Positions 20,821 to 31,529 of a stretch of DNA of 64,000 nucleotides are shown here, piece after piece. A program made the position numbers and the translations under genes. The notes beneath the pieces were generated by a model. It saw only the letters and a program-made list of their open reading frames with translations, did not search any database and was not told where the DNA came from. This stretch comes from a virus. Its lineage: Duplodnaviria; Heunggongvirae; Uroviricota; Caudoviricetes. The stretch's first letter is position 1. Every line of letters starts with the position of its first letter. The DNA is taken from the IMG/VR virus record IMGVR_UViG_2579778941_000001; one strand, 5' to 3'.

Positions 20821-21822
20821 TTAAGGCTTCGGCTTTTTATCGAGGCTCTTTCTAAGGATATGCCCAATCATCCTGTCGAGTTCTTCCTGTAGCTCTTTTG
20901 AAAGTCGATTAAACTCATAAGAAAATGCACGGCCTTTCACGCGCTTCCTTGCAAAGCGATCCTTGTCCTCAAATTTCCATAATTCAGTAACTACGGACTT
21001 ATCTTTAGAACCTTTATCCGTGAGTAGTGAGGCTTCCTTTGTTATCAAGCGCAGGATTTTATTTTTAACTTCATCTTCGGCCATTTCTTCAATGGATAAG
21101 ATGTCGTTTATTTCCGGGGATATGTTTTGAATAAGCTGATCAAACTCTAAATTCTTGTTCCCCATTTCGTCGCCAACAGCACAAAGCGTTTTGTAGTCCG
21201 AAAAGGTTAATTCCGACTGCACAGGGAAAAGGGCGACTAATTCTTCCGGAGCACTCGCTGCCTGGAGAGCACGCGTGACTTTCGCCTGAGACAGCCCTTC
21301 CTTGGCTGCAATATCCTTCTGACTCATCCCATCATTTTTCATTCGCATCAAACGCAGACCTATTTCTCGAATGCTGTGCTGCAATGCTGTCTGAACGTCT
21401 TTCGCTAAATTTTGCGCTTCCTGAACGCTGATCTCCTGGTCCGTGACTAAAACCCGCAACCCTACGTTCTCTAAGATGGCAGAAGCTCGACGCCGGGAAC
21501 CATCCAAAATTTCAATTTTCCCTGTAGCCCGTCTAACACCTATTGCAGGGTAAAATTGCTGATGCTTAATAGTGCTTCGGATACTTTTTAATGATTTTGG
21601 CGTAAGAGATGCCTGGTCACGCCCGTTGTTATGCTGATCAACAAAGGTATCGCTTTCTACCTGGTTCGGAGGTATTACCTCTTCAATAAATGTGGCCTGG
21701 CGACCAGTTGATAACTTGAATACCTGCTCGACTCGATCGCCAGAGGCTGAAGAACTATCAAATCCGCTTAATATTGAAGGATTAAGGGTTCGCCCAATTG
21801 TTGGTCTGTTTTTCTTTGACAT
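20821..21822 (-). CDS. parB: ParB partition protein
   Basis: 333-aa ORF with ParB-like sequence and helix-turn-helix region; downstream of parA. Confidence 0.85.
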   Translation of the reverse strand: MSKKNRPTIGRTLNPSILSGFDSSSASGDRVEQVFKLSTGRQATFIEEVIPPNQVESDTFVDQHNNGRDQASLTPKSLKSIRSTIKHQQFYPAIGVRRATGKIEILDGSRRRASAILENVGLRVLVTDQEISVQEAQNLAKDVQTALQHSIREIGLRLMRMKNDGMSQKDIAAKEGLSQAKVTRALQAASAPEELVALFPVQSELTFSDYKTLCAVGDEMGNKNLEFDQLIQNISPEINDILSIEEMAEDEVKNKILRLITKEASLLTDKGSKDKSVVTELWKFEDKDRFARKRVKGRAFSYEFNRLSKELQEELDRMIGHILRKSLDKKPKP

Positions 21823-21838
21823 GGGGGTTTCTTACTCC

Positions 21839-23035
21839 TCAGTTAGATCTGATAAATTCAATACGGTCAAAAACTGCTTTAGCAAAATCTTCCGCGGCAA
21901 TTCGCGCGTTCTTCAATGCATCAGCACTACCAACATACGTTGCCGGGTTAGCTGAAATAACAGTGTCAAAAGACTCGCCGCAACGTTCAAAACCGTCAAG
22001 GCGAGGGAGGACGACATCGAGCATATCCCCACCGAACACTTCTTTAGCCAAGCTATGGCAATACTTATGATCTGCCTTGTTACTCAACTTGGACATAAAA
22101 CCAATGTTAGTCGCAAGCTGGCACTCGCAGCCTTCATCCGAAATGAGTTTCACCAACTCAGGAAGGCGGGCAACGTATTTAAGCGATGAGTGGAAATCGA
22201 CAGTTGCTGGCGGCAGAGGTGTAAACAGTATATTGGCCGAGGCCAAAGCATTTTTCAGGAAGGCGTCAAGGTGAGGACCACTATCAACGAGGATAAAGTC
22301 ATAATCGCTCTTCAGCTTATCAATCACATTTTCTTTCAGGACAGCATGGATGTTCTGACCCGGTAGATGCTCATTGCACAGCTCTCTCCAATCGGATGCA
22401 ATAAAGGCATCGTCAATCGACGCAGGCATAACGTCAACCCCAGGTACAACAGAAGGAACAATAAACTCCTCTAACAGCTCTTCACGGCTTACATTCTGCA
22501 ACATAGCCTGTGCAGATGTTGCGTTTACGATACCAATAGAGTGTTTATGGCTTAAAAACATCGTTGCTGAAGATTGCGGATCAAGGTCAATAACCAGAAT
22601 CCTTAAATCTTCCATCAGAAGATGAGGGTGGGCACGCATTGCATGCGCCAGAGAAACCGTCGATACAGTTTTTGACACACCGCCTTTAAGATTGGAGATG
22701 AAAATCACATACGCTTCGCTGTAGCGATCCCGGTATTTTGGCACTCCGCGATGTTCATATATGTCAATGATGTTCTGAATTGACATCGCATATTTCATTG
22801 AAGAGCCAGCAGGGCGTTTATCGAAAACATAGCCCTTTTCTTCCATTTCACTTACGGCATAGTCAACGTTCGCTCGAGTCAGTAGAGGCAATTTTGCCAG
22901 TGCCGCTTTCGCATAGACCTGGTAAAACTCGTTCGCGTGTAGCTCATCCTTTTGCAACTGTACTTGTTCAGTCAGAACATTGAGCATTCTGTTTGCTCTT
23001 TGAGCAACCTTGTGAAGCTGGCTGGAATCACTCAT
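21839..23035 (-). CDS. parA: ParA partition ATPase
   Basis: 398 aa with deviant Walker A motif NLKGGVSKT. Confidence 0.85.
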   Translation of the reverse strand: MSDSSQLHKVAQRANRMLNVLTEQVQLQKDELHANEFYQVYAKAALAKLPLLTRANVDYAVSEMEEKGYVFDKRPAGSSMKYAMSIQNIIDIYEHRGVPKYRDRYSEAYVIFISNLKGGVSKTVSTVSLAHAMRAHPHLLMEDLRILVIDLDPQSSATMFLSHKHSIGIVNATSAQAMLQNVSREELLEEFIVPSVVPGVDVMPASIDDAFIASDWRELCNEHLPGQNIHAVLKENVIDKLKSDYDFILVDSGPHLDAFLKNALASANILFTPLPPATVDFHSSLKYVARLPELVKLISDEGCECQLATNIGFMSKLSNKADHKYCHSLAKEVFGGDMLDVVLPRLDGFERCGESFDTVISANPATYVGSADALKNARIAAEDFAKAVFDRIEFIRSN

Positions 23036-23299
23036 CGAAAGTCATCCTTTATGCTGTATTTTTGAATTTAATTAAAAATGCTGCATAAAATAATAATGTA
23101 TGCGTAGATGCTTGTACATAGCATTCTCTGCATGTTTACTCCTTTGCCAAGTGTGTCACAACATGCTTTGGCATCCTCCACGTATAAAGGACGCGGATTT
23201 CTTCTATGTTCAGGTTGTAGCCTGAATCATTTTGGTGATTTCCTGCTTCAACGGGCAGCCAGGCTTCACTCTCTATCAACTGGTGAGAACGGCTTGCCC

Positions 23300-23595
23300 G
23301 GCAGCTTCGATGTGTGCTGGAGGGAGAATAAAAGTCTAAGATGTGCGATAGAGGGAAGTCGCATTGAATTATGTGCTGTGGAGGGATCGCTGGTATCAAA
23401 TATGTGTGCTGGAGGGAAAGACAGAGAATTACATGTGCGCTGGAGGGAAAAACTGATGGACAGATGTGTGCTGGAGGGAAAGTCTGGGCAAACTGCGGGG
23501 CGTCCCCCTCCAGCGCACATCAAAAACAGGAAATTGGACAAGCCTTCCCGGCAGCACACATTTTTTGAATGCAGCTGCCCTCCAGCACACACTTA
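23300..23595. repeat. incA-type iteron array (about nine ~19-bp RepA-binding repeats in both orientations)
   Basis: Repeated GATGTGTGCTGGAGGGAAA-like units at 23309, 23341, 23371, 23402, 23433, 23463 and inverted copies at 23503, 23548, 23574. Confidence 0.7.
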
Positions 23596-24453
23596 TTCGG
23601 GGAGTTTCAGCTTTGGATTGCGAGAATGGACGATTACAAAACTTTCCCGGCCTTTCTTCTCAATTGAACAGTCGAGATAGCCGATTGTTTTAAGCTGTTC
23701 TATCGCTTTCTTAATGATACGGTTTTGCTCGCCAACAGCTGACTGCAAAGCCAGGCGCTCACGGATTCGCGCGAACGATAGCGGCAACGGGTTCTGCGGA
23801 AGGCTTTCGATGAAAGTGTAAATGGCTTGTGCAGCTTCTTTCTTCGGAAGGGCACGCAAGGCGTGGTGTTGCAACAGAACGCGATAATCAAGCTGGAACA
23901 GCTCCCACAACTTCGAATCAGCCTCCAGCTCTATCAGATCAAGGTCAGCATCAAAACGCCCGACCTTCAGCAGACCAGTCTGATAGCCGCCTTTAGCATC
24001 TTTTCCGCGCTTAAAAGCGATACCCTTGTTACGCAAGCGTCCAAGTGATTCATGAATGGTTAAACGCAGTTTCGCATCCAGACGTTTTGAGGGGAAACCA
24101 CAGGCTTTAGCGAATTCCTGAAACGATAACTGGATGGTGTTTGAGGACAAGCCGTATTTGCTGAACGCGTAGATGACACCGATCCACGTTTTGAAATCAG
24201 TATCCATATCGAGTCGAGGACCGGTGATTTTAATATCATCGTAACCCTCGGCTTTAGCTATCTCCAGCTGGGAAAACGCTTTGGTGGCATCAATCTCTTT
24301 ACTTTCTCCTTTGCTCTTTGATGGCTTCGGCACGAATACCCCCAAGCGCATCAACGCTACAGGCTGCACAGTGTTGTTTGAATTAACTGTTAGTTCTTTT
24401 GCCTTACTTTCAATGTCTGCGTAAAGAATATCGGAGATAAATGATTGATTCAT
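23593..24453 (-). CDS. repA: RepA plasmid replication initiator
   Basis: 286-aa ORF flanked on both sides by iteron arrays. Confidence 0.85.
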   Translation of the reverse strand: MNQSFISDILYADIESKAKELTVNSNNTVQPVALMRLGVFVPKPSKSKGESKEIDATKAFSQLEIAKAEGYDDIKITGPRLDMDTDFKTWIGVIYAFSKYGLSSNTIQLSFQEFAKACGFPSKRLDAKLRLTIHESLGRLRNKGIAFKRGKDAKGGYQTGLLKVGRFDADLDLIELEADSKLWELFQLDYRVLLQHHALRALPKKEAAQAIYTFIESLPQNPLPLSFARIRERLALQSAVGEQNRIIKKAIEQLKTIGYLDCSIEKKGRESFVIVHSRNPKLKLPE

Positions 24454-24509
24454 ATTACTTTTTCCGAATTGTGTGGATAGTTTTTATAAGTGGTGATAAC
24501 TACCCAGGC

Positions 24510-24616
24510 TTTCCCGTCAGCACACATCCTATATCCCGCCAGCACACATTAGCAACCCGTCAGCACACATTTTTATCCCTCCAGCACACATCGTTTTCCC
24601 TCCAGCACACATCGCG
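24510..24616. repeat. Origin iterons (five direct 19-bp repeats, incC-type)
   Basis: Five tandem copies of the CCAGCACACATC core at ~21-bp spacing. Confidence 0.75.
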
Positions 24617-24735
24617 ATACACTTCTAAGCCAGACGTGGCGCGGCCTGCAACGATCAGGGATCTATATGGATCTAATTGGGATCTGTATGGACCTGATTA
24701 TTGGATCTACCCAGTGGATAATGTGGATAAGTGAA
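24617..24735. other. Plasmid origin core: GATC cluster and tandem DnaA-box-like sequences
   Basis: GATC at 24652, 24660, 24670, 24681, 24705; AGTGGATAA and TGTGGATAA at 24713-24730. Confidence 0.55.
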
Positions 24736-24779
24736 AAACCGGCCACTGAGGACCGATTTCTGTGAAGAGTTGAAGCGAA

Positions 24780-25181
24780 TTAGTTGTCGTTTTCCGTACC
24801 TACTTCTTCGATCAACAAACTACTTGTATAGATGCGTAACGTATCACCTTTGTAGAGGAATTGATAACCAACACCTCCTATGGCAGGGAGGTCGGGGAAC
24901 ATTTCAGAAGCAACCCCAGAGCAAATCACGGCGATACAGTCATCCCGCTGTACATCCTTACGCTCTGTACTCAAAGTTTGCTCTTCCCCGATTGCCTTTG
25001 TCATCTCCTCATCTTCGTACGCAACAGGGATATATTCAATCGCATCAGGCGTTTTGATACCCAGTTCTTCAGCAATCTCGAATGCCTGTTTAAATTGATC
25101 TGACCCAGGATATCCAACGGTAATACTCTCAATTTCGAACAAAGAAGTAGCGTTGTTTATTTCTTGTTTAACCGCAAACAT
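24780..25181 (-). CDS. Hypothetical acidic protein
   Basis: 133-aa ORF. Confidence 0.4.
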   Translation of the reverse strand: MFAVKQEINNATSLFEIESITVGYPGSDQFKQAFEIAEELGIKTPDAIEYIPVAYEDEEMTKAIGEEQTLSTERKDVQRDDCIAVICSGVASEMFPDLPAIGGVGYQFLYKGDTLRIYTSSLLIEEVGTENDN

Positions 25182-25251
25182 GTTGTTTGTCCTTAGTGGC
25201 TTCCTGCCAAAGTAAAGTCATGAGTGTTGATATTACGATTTCTACAGTTGA

Positions 25252-25611
25252 TTAAATCTGCTCGCTGAGCTTTTGCTTCAGCAGATAACCTTCCAGCGGC
25301 CAGATTTTCTCAATGGCGTTCTTACGGGCCACCTTACGGCCAATCTCCGCGTCGAAATTTTCAGGGCTGGCACAGGCGCTTTCCCCGGTAACAATGAATC
25401 CATTGCACAGCACCAAGACACAGATGGTCAGGCTACGCGTAGAGGGATGAACAGACAGCACCTCACGAACGCCTTCGTGCGCAGCGCGAATGCCGTCAAA
25501 AGCTGTGAAATAATGCTCTTCGGCAATCACACTCTCGATGTGATCAGGAGTCAGGCGTGGTGCTGTTTTGCCTTTGGCCAGAATCTCTTTTTCAATTTCC
25601 ATATCGGACAT
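25252..25611 (-). CDS. Hypothetical protein
   Basis: 119-aa ORF. Confidence 0.4.
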   Translation of the reverse strand: MSDMEIEKEILAKGKTAPRLTPDHIESVIAEEHYFTAFDGIRAAHEGVREVLSVHPSTRSLTICVLVLCNGFIVTGESACASPENFDAEIGRKVARKNAIEKIWPLEGYLLKQKLSEQI

Positions 25612-25622
25612 AGTTTTTCCTT

Positions 25623-25874
25623 TTAGTTACCGCTGATAGCACGGTTGTAATCATTAACGTTGCGATTCTTCCTGTTAATCCCCTTCAGCATCGTTTCTGT
25701 ATCGAGGATATACGCTGGCAGATCATCAAAATATTCACTGCTAAACTCTGGCATTCTGCACATAAATGCACTTTTGGGGGCAGGGTGGTTAACCTTTGTC
25801 GGCGTCGGCGTTAAATTCGCTGATCGACTCCCGGAGCAACCGCTGAGTGTCAGCAGGAATGCGCTGGCGAACAT
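25623..25874 (-). CDS. Small lipoprotein (start adjusted to the Met preceding the lipobox)
   Basis: Signal peptide MFASAFLLTLSGCSG with LSGC lipobox. Confidence 0.4.
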   Translation of the reverse strand: MFASAFLLTLSGCSGSRSANLTPTPTKVNHPAPKSAFMCRMPEFSSEYFDDLPAYILDTETMLKGINRKNRNVNDYNRAISGN

Positions 25875-26238
25875 TACCCGCCGCAACCAGTTGTTTCTGA
25901 ACTTCAGCTTTTCGTTCCATTTGCCTGTCAGCATATTTGGCTTGTTCTGATTCATTTTTCACTTCCTGGCTGTGAAAATGTTGCTCTGCTTTGTTCATCG
26001 TCTCAATGGTCTGGTTAAGATCCATTATTGACTTATCACGTTCCTTAACAGCCTGATCAAGACTGCCAATTTTCTCCATGGCTTGCTTTAGCTGATGACG
26101 TTCCCATGCAAACCCAGCACCAACAAGTGCGCAAATCAGAACAAGAACACCAGTAGCAGCAAGTTTCTCCTTCAAAGACAAAGCTGTTTTTAACGTAGAA
26201 AAGAATGACATGTCTTCCTCCTGAAGAAAAATTATCAA
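25789..26238 (-). CDS. Membrane-anchored coiled-coil protein
   Basis: 149 aa; N-terminal hydrophobic segment followed by charged helical region. Confidence 0.4.
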   Translation of the reverse strand: MIIFLQEEDMSFFSTLKTALSLKEKLAATGVLVLICALVGAGFAWERHQLKQAMEKIGSLDQAVKERDKSIMDLNQTIETMNKAEQHFHSQEVKNESEQAKYADRQMERKAEVQKQLVAAGNVRQRIPADTQRLLRESISEFNADADKG

Positions 26239-26250
26239 TGAAGTCCTTTG

Positions 26251-27096
26251 TTACTGTGCCGCTTTGTTTAATTCATCAAGAACAGAATCAGGAACCAAAG
26301 CGGCAACTGCGCTGGCTGTGCTGACCTTATTTGCTGATGCTTCCGCAAGCGCGGTACCGATAGCATGGTTATAAGCAGTTATGGCTACGTTGGCGCTTTC
26401 ATTCGCTCGTTCATACTGCTGTTGTAACGCAGTTGTGGGCGCTGTTGTCTGGTTGAAAACAACCCCAAACTGTTCAGTTGCTACTTTCAGAGATTCAATT
26501 TGCTCTTCTGTTAGTGCTGGTGGGGGAGTGGCAGTGCCGCCGCCTGAACCAGAGCCTGACGAGCTTCCTGAGCCAGTGTTAAGGGTCTGGTTAATCTCCC
26601 CCATAGCAGCGACTAAACTTGATGTATTAAGCGCGTTTACAGCGTCCTCAAGCGATTTAGTAATAGTCACATCACCAATGGCAATAGAGATCGGCAGTTC
26701 TGATACTTCTCGCTCATTAGCACGACAGTAAACATCCCAACCAATATCGAGTTGAAGGAGCATTGACAGATCAGCATAACCAGCCAACAGGTCCGCGTGC
26801 TTAGTTGCCAGTTCTCCAATGTTCGTTAAGCCGGTTGTGGTTGTTCTGATCGTTGAAACATAGCTGGTAATAGTGTCGGGATAGACAATTGTATCCAGAA
26901 TTAATCCGGTCAATTCTTCTGCAAGCAGTTTTGCTGTGTTAGCACTGTTTCGTGCCGATGTTATGGCACCAGGTGTTTTCATCCCACCGGCGGCGGCCAA
27001 TTTTTTATATGCGGATAACTGGTAGTCTTTTTCCAGCATGATATCTCCTAACTTACCTGAACCAGGCCGTCTCCGGACGCTACGGTAGATCCGCAT
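26251..27096 (-). CDS. Hypothetical protein with Gly/Ser-rich linker
   Basis: 281-aa ORF; GSGSSSGSGSGGG linker. Confidence 0.4.
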   Translation of the reverse strand: MRIYRSVRRRPGSGKLGDIMLEKDYQLSAYKKLAAAGGMKTPGAITSARNSANTAKLLAEELTGLILDTIVYPDTITSYVSTIRTTTTGLTNIGELATKHADLLAGYADLSMLLQLDIGWDVYCRANEREVSELPISIAIGDVTITKSLEDAVNALNTSSLVAAMGEINQTLNTGSGSSSGSGSGGGTATPPPALTEEQIESLKVATEQFGVVFNQTTAPTTALQQQYERANESANVAITAYNHAIGTALAEASANKVSTASAVAALVPDSVLDELNKAAQ

Positions 27097-27332
27097 GAAA
27101 CAGGGTCACCAACGCATACGATCCCTTTACCATTGACGGTAAACCATGCCCTGGTTGATATAGCTTGCCCACCGTGCGTACTGTTTCCATCGGTATGCTG
27201 TGCATATTGCTTACCATCAACTAACACTTCGACTCCGTTGACTTTAAGTAGTGGTTCACTCTCTACAGGAGGCCTGGATGGGAATCCTCCGTGCCCCGAA
27301 CAAATGCTGTCTTTTGTTGCAATACTTGCCAC
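27048..27332 (-). CDS. PAAR-like small protein
   Basis: 94 aa with CSGHG and VGDPVSCG motifs resembling PAAR spike-tip proteins. Confidence 0.4.
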   Translation of the reverse strand: MASIATKDSICSGHGGFPSRPPVESEPLLKVNGVEVLVDGKQYAQHTDGNSTHGGQAISTRAWFTVNGKGIVCVGDPVSCGSTVASGDGLVQVS

Positions 27333-27412
27333 GTCATCACCAATTATTTGCTCTGGTTTTCGTTATTTTAACTTAGGTTACTTGTGGTCTATATGGTGTT
27401 AACTATTGCATG

Positions 27413-27429
27413 ATTGCTCTAATAAATAT
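27413..27429 (+). promoter_or_regulatory. C1 operator
   Basis: ATTGCTCTAATAAATAT. Confidence 0.5.
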
Positions 27430-27500
27430 TGTTTTTTATGTCGTGTTTTCGGTACCATTCAGCCATCGCCCTTCAATGGGTATTTGTTTGGAGTCGTCAG

Positions 27501-27785
27501 ATGCAGATGGAGCTAATAAGCCGCAAAGAGTTCGATAGCCGTGTAACCAGCGGTGAACTCGACAACTTGCAGGCTATCAAGGTGAAAGAAGGCTTTTGCC
27601 TCATTGGGAATCAGAGCGGAACAAATCGCGTTTTTATGCTTCGCCGTACGGATTTGAAGCCATTTGTCTGGAAGAACGAAATTGGTCCCAGCTCATACGC
27701 TCAAACTAGGGGGTGTCTCAACCTGGCCTTTTTCTACAAAAACGAGCTTTCTGTGGTTGATATTCAAGGGTTACAACATGTTTAA
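27501..27785 (+). CDS. Hypothetical protein (start adjusted to ATG with GGAG RBS)
   Basis: 94 aa from [11 protein letters not shown]. Confidence 0.35.
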   Translation: MQMELISRKEFDSRVTSGELDNLQAIKVKEGFCLIGNQSGTNRVFMLRRTDLKPFVWKNEIGPSSYAQTRGCLNLAFFYKNELSVVDIQGLQHV

Positions 27786-28683
27786 GCACTGGAAAAACAT
27801 TACTATTTATAAACTTTCTCGTGAAGCGGATCTGACCGACTTAGAAGATAAAAAGAAAATGATCCTTTTCACGCCATGCGGTAGTCAGGATATGGCCAAG
27901 TTCGGTTTTGTATCTCCATTTGGTGATAATTCCGAAGTTATCGCTATGCATGGAAATGGTTTTATCCTTGTTGAAGCAAAGCGCGAAACAAAAATCCTTC
28001 CCCCGCCGGTTATCCAGCGAGCTATTCAAGAAAAAATTGAAAAACTCGAGCAAGAACAAGCGCGTAAACTGAAGAAAACAGAGAAGGACTCCCTGAAAGA
28101 CGAAGTTCTGCATTCTCTTCTGCCACGGGCTTTTTCAAAGTTTTCTGTTATCCAGGCGATCTACGACGGTTCAACTAAACGTATCTATATCAATGCCAGC
28201 GCGCGGCAGGCAGAGGATATGCTCGCGCTTATGCGTAAATCTCTGGGTTCTCTTCCTGTTGTTCCCCTAAGTGTTGAAAATCCCATTGAATTAACGCTGA
28301 CCGACTGGGTACGTGATGGTAGTGCTCCACAGGGATTTCAAATGGGGGATGCGGCAGAACTTAAGGCAGTGCTTGAGGATGGCGGTATTGCCCGAGTGAA
28401 AAAGCAGGATTTGGGAAGCGATGAAATTTCCACACACCTGGAAGCTGGCAAGCTCGTTACTAAGTTGGCACTCGACTGGCAGAACCGCATTAAATTTACA
28501 CTGGACCATAACTTCAGCCTTACCAGCGTCAAATTTGCGGATGAATTGCTTGAGCAGAACTCTGATATTGATAGTGAAGATGTTGCGCAGCGACTGGACG
28601 CAGATTTCTTCCTGTTGACCAGTGAAATTTCGTGCCTGGTTGATGCTCTGGTAAATGCCCTTGGTGGAGAGGCTAAGCAGTGA
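27778..28683 (+). CDS. hrdC: RdgC-like recombination-associated protein
   Basis: Starts [13 protein letters not shown], characteristic of RdgC N-terminus; about 300 aa. Confidence 0.7.
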   Translation: MFKHWKNITIYKLSREADLTDLEDKKKMILFTPCGSQDMAKFGFVSPFGDNSEVIAMHGNGFILVEAKRETKILPPPVIQRAIQEKIEKLEQEQARKLKKTEKDSLKDEVLHSLLPRAFSKFSVIQAIYDGSTKRIYINASARQAEDMLALMRKSLGSLPVVPLSVENPIELTLTDWVRDGSAPQGFQMGDAAELKAVLEDGGIARVKKQDLGSDEISTHLEAGKLVTKLALDWQNRIKFTLDHNFSLTSVKFADELLEQNSDIDSEDVAQRLDADFFLLTSEISCLVDALVNALGGEAKQ

Positions 28684-30698
28684 AAGAGCTGTGCTATGGA
28701 TCTGTTTGCAGTGGAATTGAAGCCGCGAGTATTGCCTGGGAACCGTTGGGTATGCGTCCGGCGTGGTTTGCTGAAATCGAGCCTTTTCCATCTGCCGTTC
28801 TTGCGCACCGCTGGCCCCATGTCGCCAACCTTGGCGATATGACAAAACTTGCCAAAAAAGTCCTGGCTGGGGAAATCGAATCCCCTGATGTGCTCGTCGG
28901 GGGTACGCCTTGTCAGGCATTCAGTATCGCGGGCTTACGTGGTGGGCTTGATGATGAACGCGGCGCGCTAACTTTGAAGTATGTGGAGCTTGCAAATGCA
29001 ATTGACGACAAACGGTCTGAGTCCTTCCTCAAACCGACAGTTATCGTCTGGGAAAATGTCCCAGGAGTCCTGTCATCGGCAGATAACGCCTTCGGATGTT
29101 TCCTTGCCGGATTGGCTGGAGAAGATGCGCCATTTGAACCAGGTGATCGACCTGAATCAGGAAAAAGTAACGCGTTCTGGCGGTGGGATGGCAAAACCGG
29201 TTGCCATGCTCCAAAGTGGCCGCAGTGTGGTTGTATTTATGGACCGCAGCGAAAGGTGGCCTGGAGAATCCTTGATGCCCAATACTTCGGAGTGGCACAA
29301 CGACGCCGACGCGTGTTTGTTGTCGCAAGTGCTCGAACAGACCTCGATCCCGCAACGGTACTTTTTGAGTTCGAAGGCGTGCGCCGGAATATTGCGCCGA
29401 GCAGAGGCGAGGGGAAGGAAACTACCAGATATACTTCAAACATCGCTATCAGATCTTGCGATGATACAAACATAGTTGCCATGGCACATGGGCAAGGAGG
29501 GGCTGAGATAAAAACCGATAATTCGGCACCAACTTTGACATGTAACCATGAAGCACCAATTGTATTGCTCGTCGACGGTAGAATGCGCCGTCTTATCCCT
29601 GTCGAATGTGAAAGGCTGCAAGGTTTTCCTGATGGACATACATTGATCCCTACGGAAAAGCGTAAAAAAGTTTCTTCAGATGAACTGGCATACCTTCGCA
29701 AAAACTATCCTGATTTGAGCGAAGAAGAGGCCGCGATGCTTGCAGCTGACGGACCGCGTTACAAAGCGATCGGCAATAGTATGGCGATACCAGTAATGCG
29801 CTGGATTGGCGATCGGATTGCCAAGGCTGCATGTCGGCAGAAGGAAGGGAGTGAAACAAAAGAGCGAAAAGTTAAACCAGCGGCAGAATTCGAACGGTCC
29901 ATATTCAAATGGGCTGGTGGAAAATTTGGTGTTCTGGAACAAATCTTTCGCTATTTGCCAGAAGGGAAGCGCCTGATTGAGCCTTTCGTTGGTGGCGGAG
30001 CTGTCTTCATGAATGCCGGATACCAGGAAAATCTGCTAAATGATGTGAATGCTGACCTGATTAACTTTTACAAGACTCTGCAACGCGAGGCGCATTCACT
30101 TATCACTCTGGCACATCGTTTCTTCCAGGACTACAACACGCAGGAAGGATACCTGGCAGTACGGAATGCGTTTAACAAACAAGTCTATGATGATTTACAT
30201 CGCGCAGCGGCGTTTTTGTTCCTGAACCGACATTGTTTTAACGGATTGACGCGTTACAACCAAGCCGGTGAGTTCAATGTCGGTTATGGGAAGTATAAAA
30301 CTCCGTATTTCCCATTGCAGGAGATGGAAGCCTTCCTTGGTGCGGAAGGGCGTTCTGAGTTTGTATGTGGTGATTTTGCTGCGGTGATTGAAGCTGCCGG
30401 AGAAGGAGATGTCATCTTTTGCGATCCGCCGTATGAACCGCTCCCAAATACAGAGGGATTCACGAACTATTCCGGTCATGACTTTAAGTTTGAAGAGCAA
30501 AAACGCCTGGCGTCTCTGTTGACGGATGCTCATCGCCGAGGTGCAAAGGTTCTCATTACTAACAGTGGCGCGCCAAACATCAGAGAACTTTATCAGGACA
30601 GTGGCTTCAGAGTGGAACCTCTTTTTGCCAGACGTTCTGTGTCTTGTAAGGGGGACACTCGAGGTGTTGCTCATGACGTTATAGCAATATTGCTCTAA
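28680..30698 (+). CDS. dmt: Bifunctional DNA methyltransferase: N-terminal C5-cytosine domain and C-terminal Dam-like N6-adenine domain
   Basis: [13 protein letters not shown] and QRRRRVF motifs in the N-terminal half; FVGGGAV and DPPY motifs in the C-terminal half. Confidence 0.8.
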   Translation: MKELCYGSVCSGIEAASIAWEPLGMRPAWFAEIEPFPSAVLAHRWPHVANLGDMTKLAKKVLAGEIESPDVLVGGTPCQAFSIAGLRGGLDDERGALTLKYVELANAIDDKRSESFLKPTVIVWENVPGVLSSADNAFGCFLAGLAGEDAPFEPGDRPESGKSNAFWRWDGKTGCHAPKWPQCGCIYGPQRKVAWRILDAQYFGVAQRRRRVFVVASARTDLDPATVLFEFEGVRRNIAPSRGEGKETTRYTSNIAIRSCDDTNIVAMAHGQGGAEIKTDNSAPTLTCNHEAPIVLLVDGRMRRLIPVECERLQGFPDGHTLIPTEKRKKVSSDELAYLRKNYPDLSEEEAAMLAADGPRYKAIGNSMAIPVMRWIGDRIAKAACRQKEGSETKERKVKPAAEFERSIFKWAGGKFGVLEQIFRYLPEGKRLIEPFVGGGAVFMNAGYQENLLNDVNADLINFYKTLQREAHSLITLAHRFFQDYNTQEGYLAVRNAFNKQVYDDLHRAAAFLFLNRHCFNGLTRYNQAGEFNVGYGKYKTPYFPLQEMEAFLGAEGRSEFVCGDFAAVIEAAGEGDVIFCDPPYEPLPNTEGFTNYSGHDFKFEEQKRLASLLTDAHRRGAKVLITNSGAPNIRELYQDSGFRVEPLFARRSVSCKGDTRGVAHDVIAILL

Positions 30699-30716
30699 TA
30701 AATTTATTAGTGTAAT
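30689..30716. promoter_or_regulatory. Palindromic pair of C1 operator half-sites overlapping the dmt stop codon
   Basis: ATTGCTCTAATAAATTTATTAGTGTAAT. Confidence 0.45.
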
Positions 30717-30882
30717 ATCGCCTCAATGAATCGTGATTTATAGAGCGATTTAGCTGTTAGCCGCGACAGGCGCGGCGGCAAGTATGGCGGGGTAGTGACT
30801 CCTTCCCCCTCATGACGCCGAGTTGCCAGGTTGACCATACGCCTAAGTGGCAACACCGAAGTGCGTTACGAGCTTCCAGTTT

Positions 30883-30908
30883 GCCCATCTTCGGGTGGGC
30901 GTTTTTTT
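30883..30908 (+). terminator. Rho-independent terminator
   Basis: GCCCAT-CTTCGG-GTGGGC hairpin followed by a T-run of seven. Confidence 0.55.
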
Positions 30909-31090
30909 CAGGGTTTTCGTCATGGTTAGCGACTTTGCGGCGGTTTAGAAACTGACCATTAAAGTAAATGCAAACGATGATCTGATGATGGTAGCGGCCT
31001 AAGAAGCCAGACGCCACGGGGTATGAGTCGTCCCCCGTCAAAAAATCGACCGCAGAGTGTCCCCGTCTGTGTATTAGGGAACGGGGAGGC

Positions 31091-31171
31091 ACAACAGGTA
31101 AGGGCGCTGGTGTGATTAACCAGATGAACGAGAAGGGGCCATCTGTTGGTCAGCGTCCTTTCCTGTTGCGT
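31091..31171 (+). repeat. Hairpin element A (conserved ACAGGTAAGGGC stem family)
   Basis: 5-prime arm ACAACAGGTAAGGGCGCTG pairs with 3-prime arm CAGCGTCCTTTCCTGTTGCGT. Confidence 0.6.
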
Positions 31172-31373
31172 CTTCTTTTCAGCGTAACAGCGGTGCTTAA
31201 CAGCACTTTGGGTACAGTTCCACGAATTTACGGGTATATCCCGTCATGCTGAAAGCGCTAATCACGCTGGAAGCCAGGGTTATGCATCCCCTGTTACCGA
31301 ATTGCAGCCAGGGCGCGGTGCGCCGAAAAGCATACGGAGGTGGAAGCCCTCGCCGGAGACGTACCCGGCAAGT

Positions 31374-31449
31374 GATGGTGTAGCTCAGCGGTTAGAGCGG
31401 TTGACTGTTAATCAACGGGTCGATGGTTCAAATCCATCCACCATCGCCA
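31374..31449 (+). tRNA. trnA: tRNA-Asn (anticodon GUU)
   Basis: Cloverleaf folds by hand: acceptor GATGGTG/CACCATC, anticodon loop CTGTTAA, T-arm GATGG-TTCAAAT-CCATC, 3-prime GCCA. Confidence 0.85.
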
Positions 31450-31451
31450 AT

Positions 31452-31527
31452 GCCGGTTTAGCTCAGTTGGTAGAGCGCCTGCCTTGTAAGCAGGATGTCA
31501 GCGGTTCGAGTCCGTTAATCGGCACCA
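31452..31527 (+). tRNA. trnT: tRNA-Thr (anticodon UGU)
   Basis: Acceptor GCCGGTT/AATCGGC, anticodon loop CTTGTAA, T-loop TTCGAGT, 3-prime ACCA. Confidence 0.85.
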
Positions 31528-31529
31528 GC

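Noticed and set aside
23300-24616. Short direct repeats that could be mistaken for a CRISPR array
   Set aside because: They are ~19-bp RepA iterons flanking repA, with irregular spacing, both orientations and no unique spacers or cas genes.
28291-29942. Multiple reverse-strand ORFs within hrdC and dmt
   Set aside because: They are embedded antisense in genes with clear domain motifs and contain no recognisable domains.
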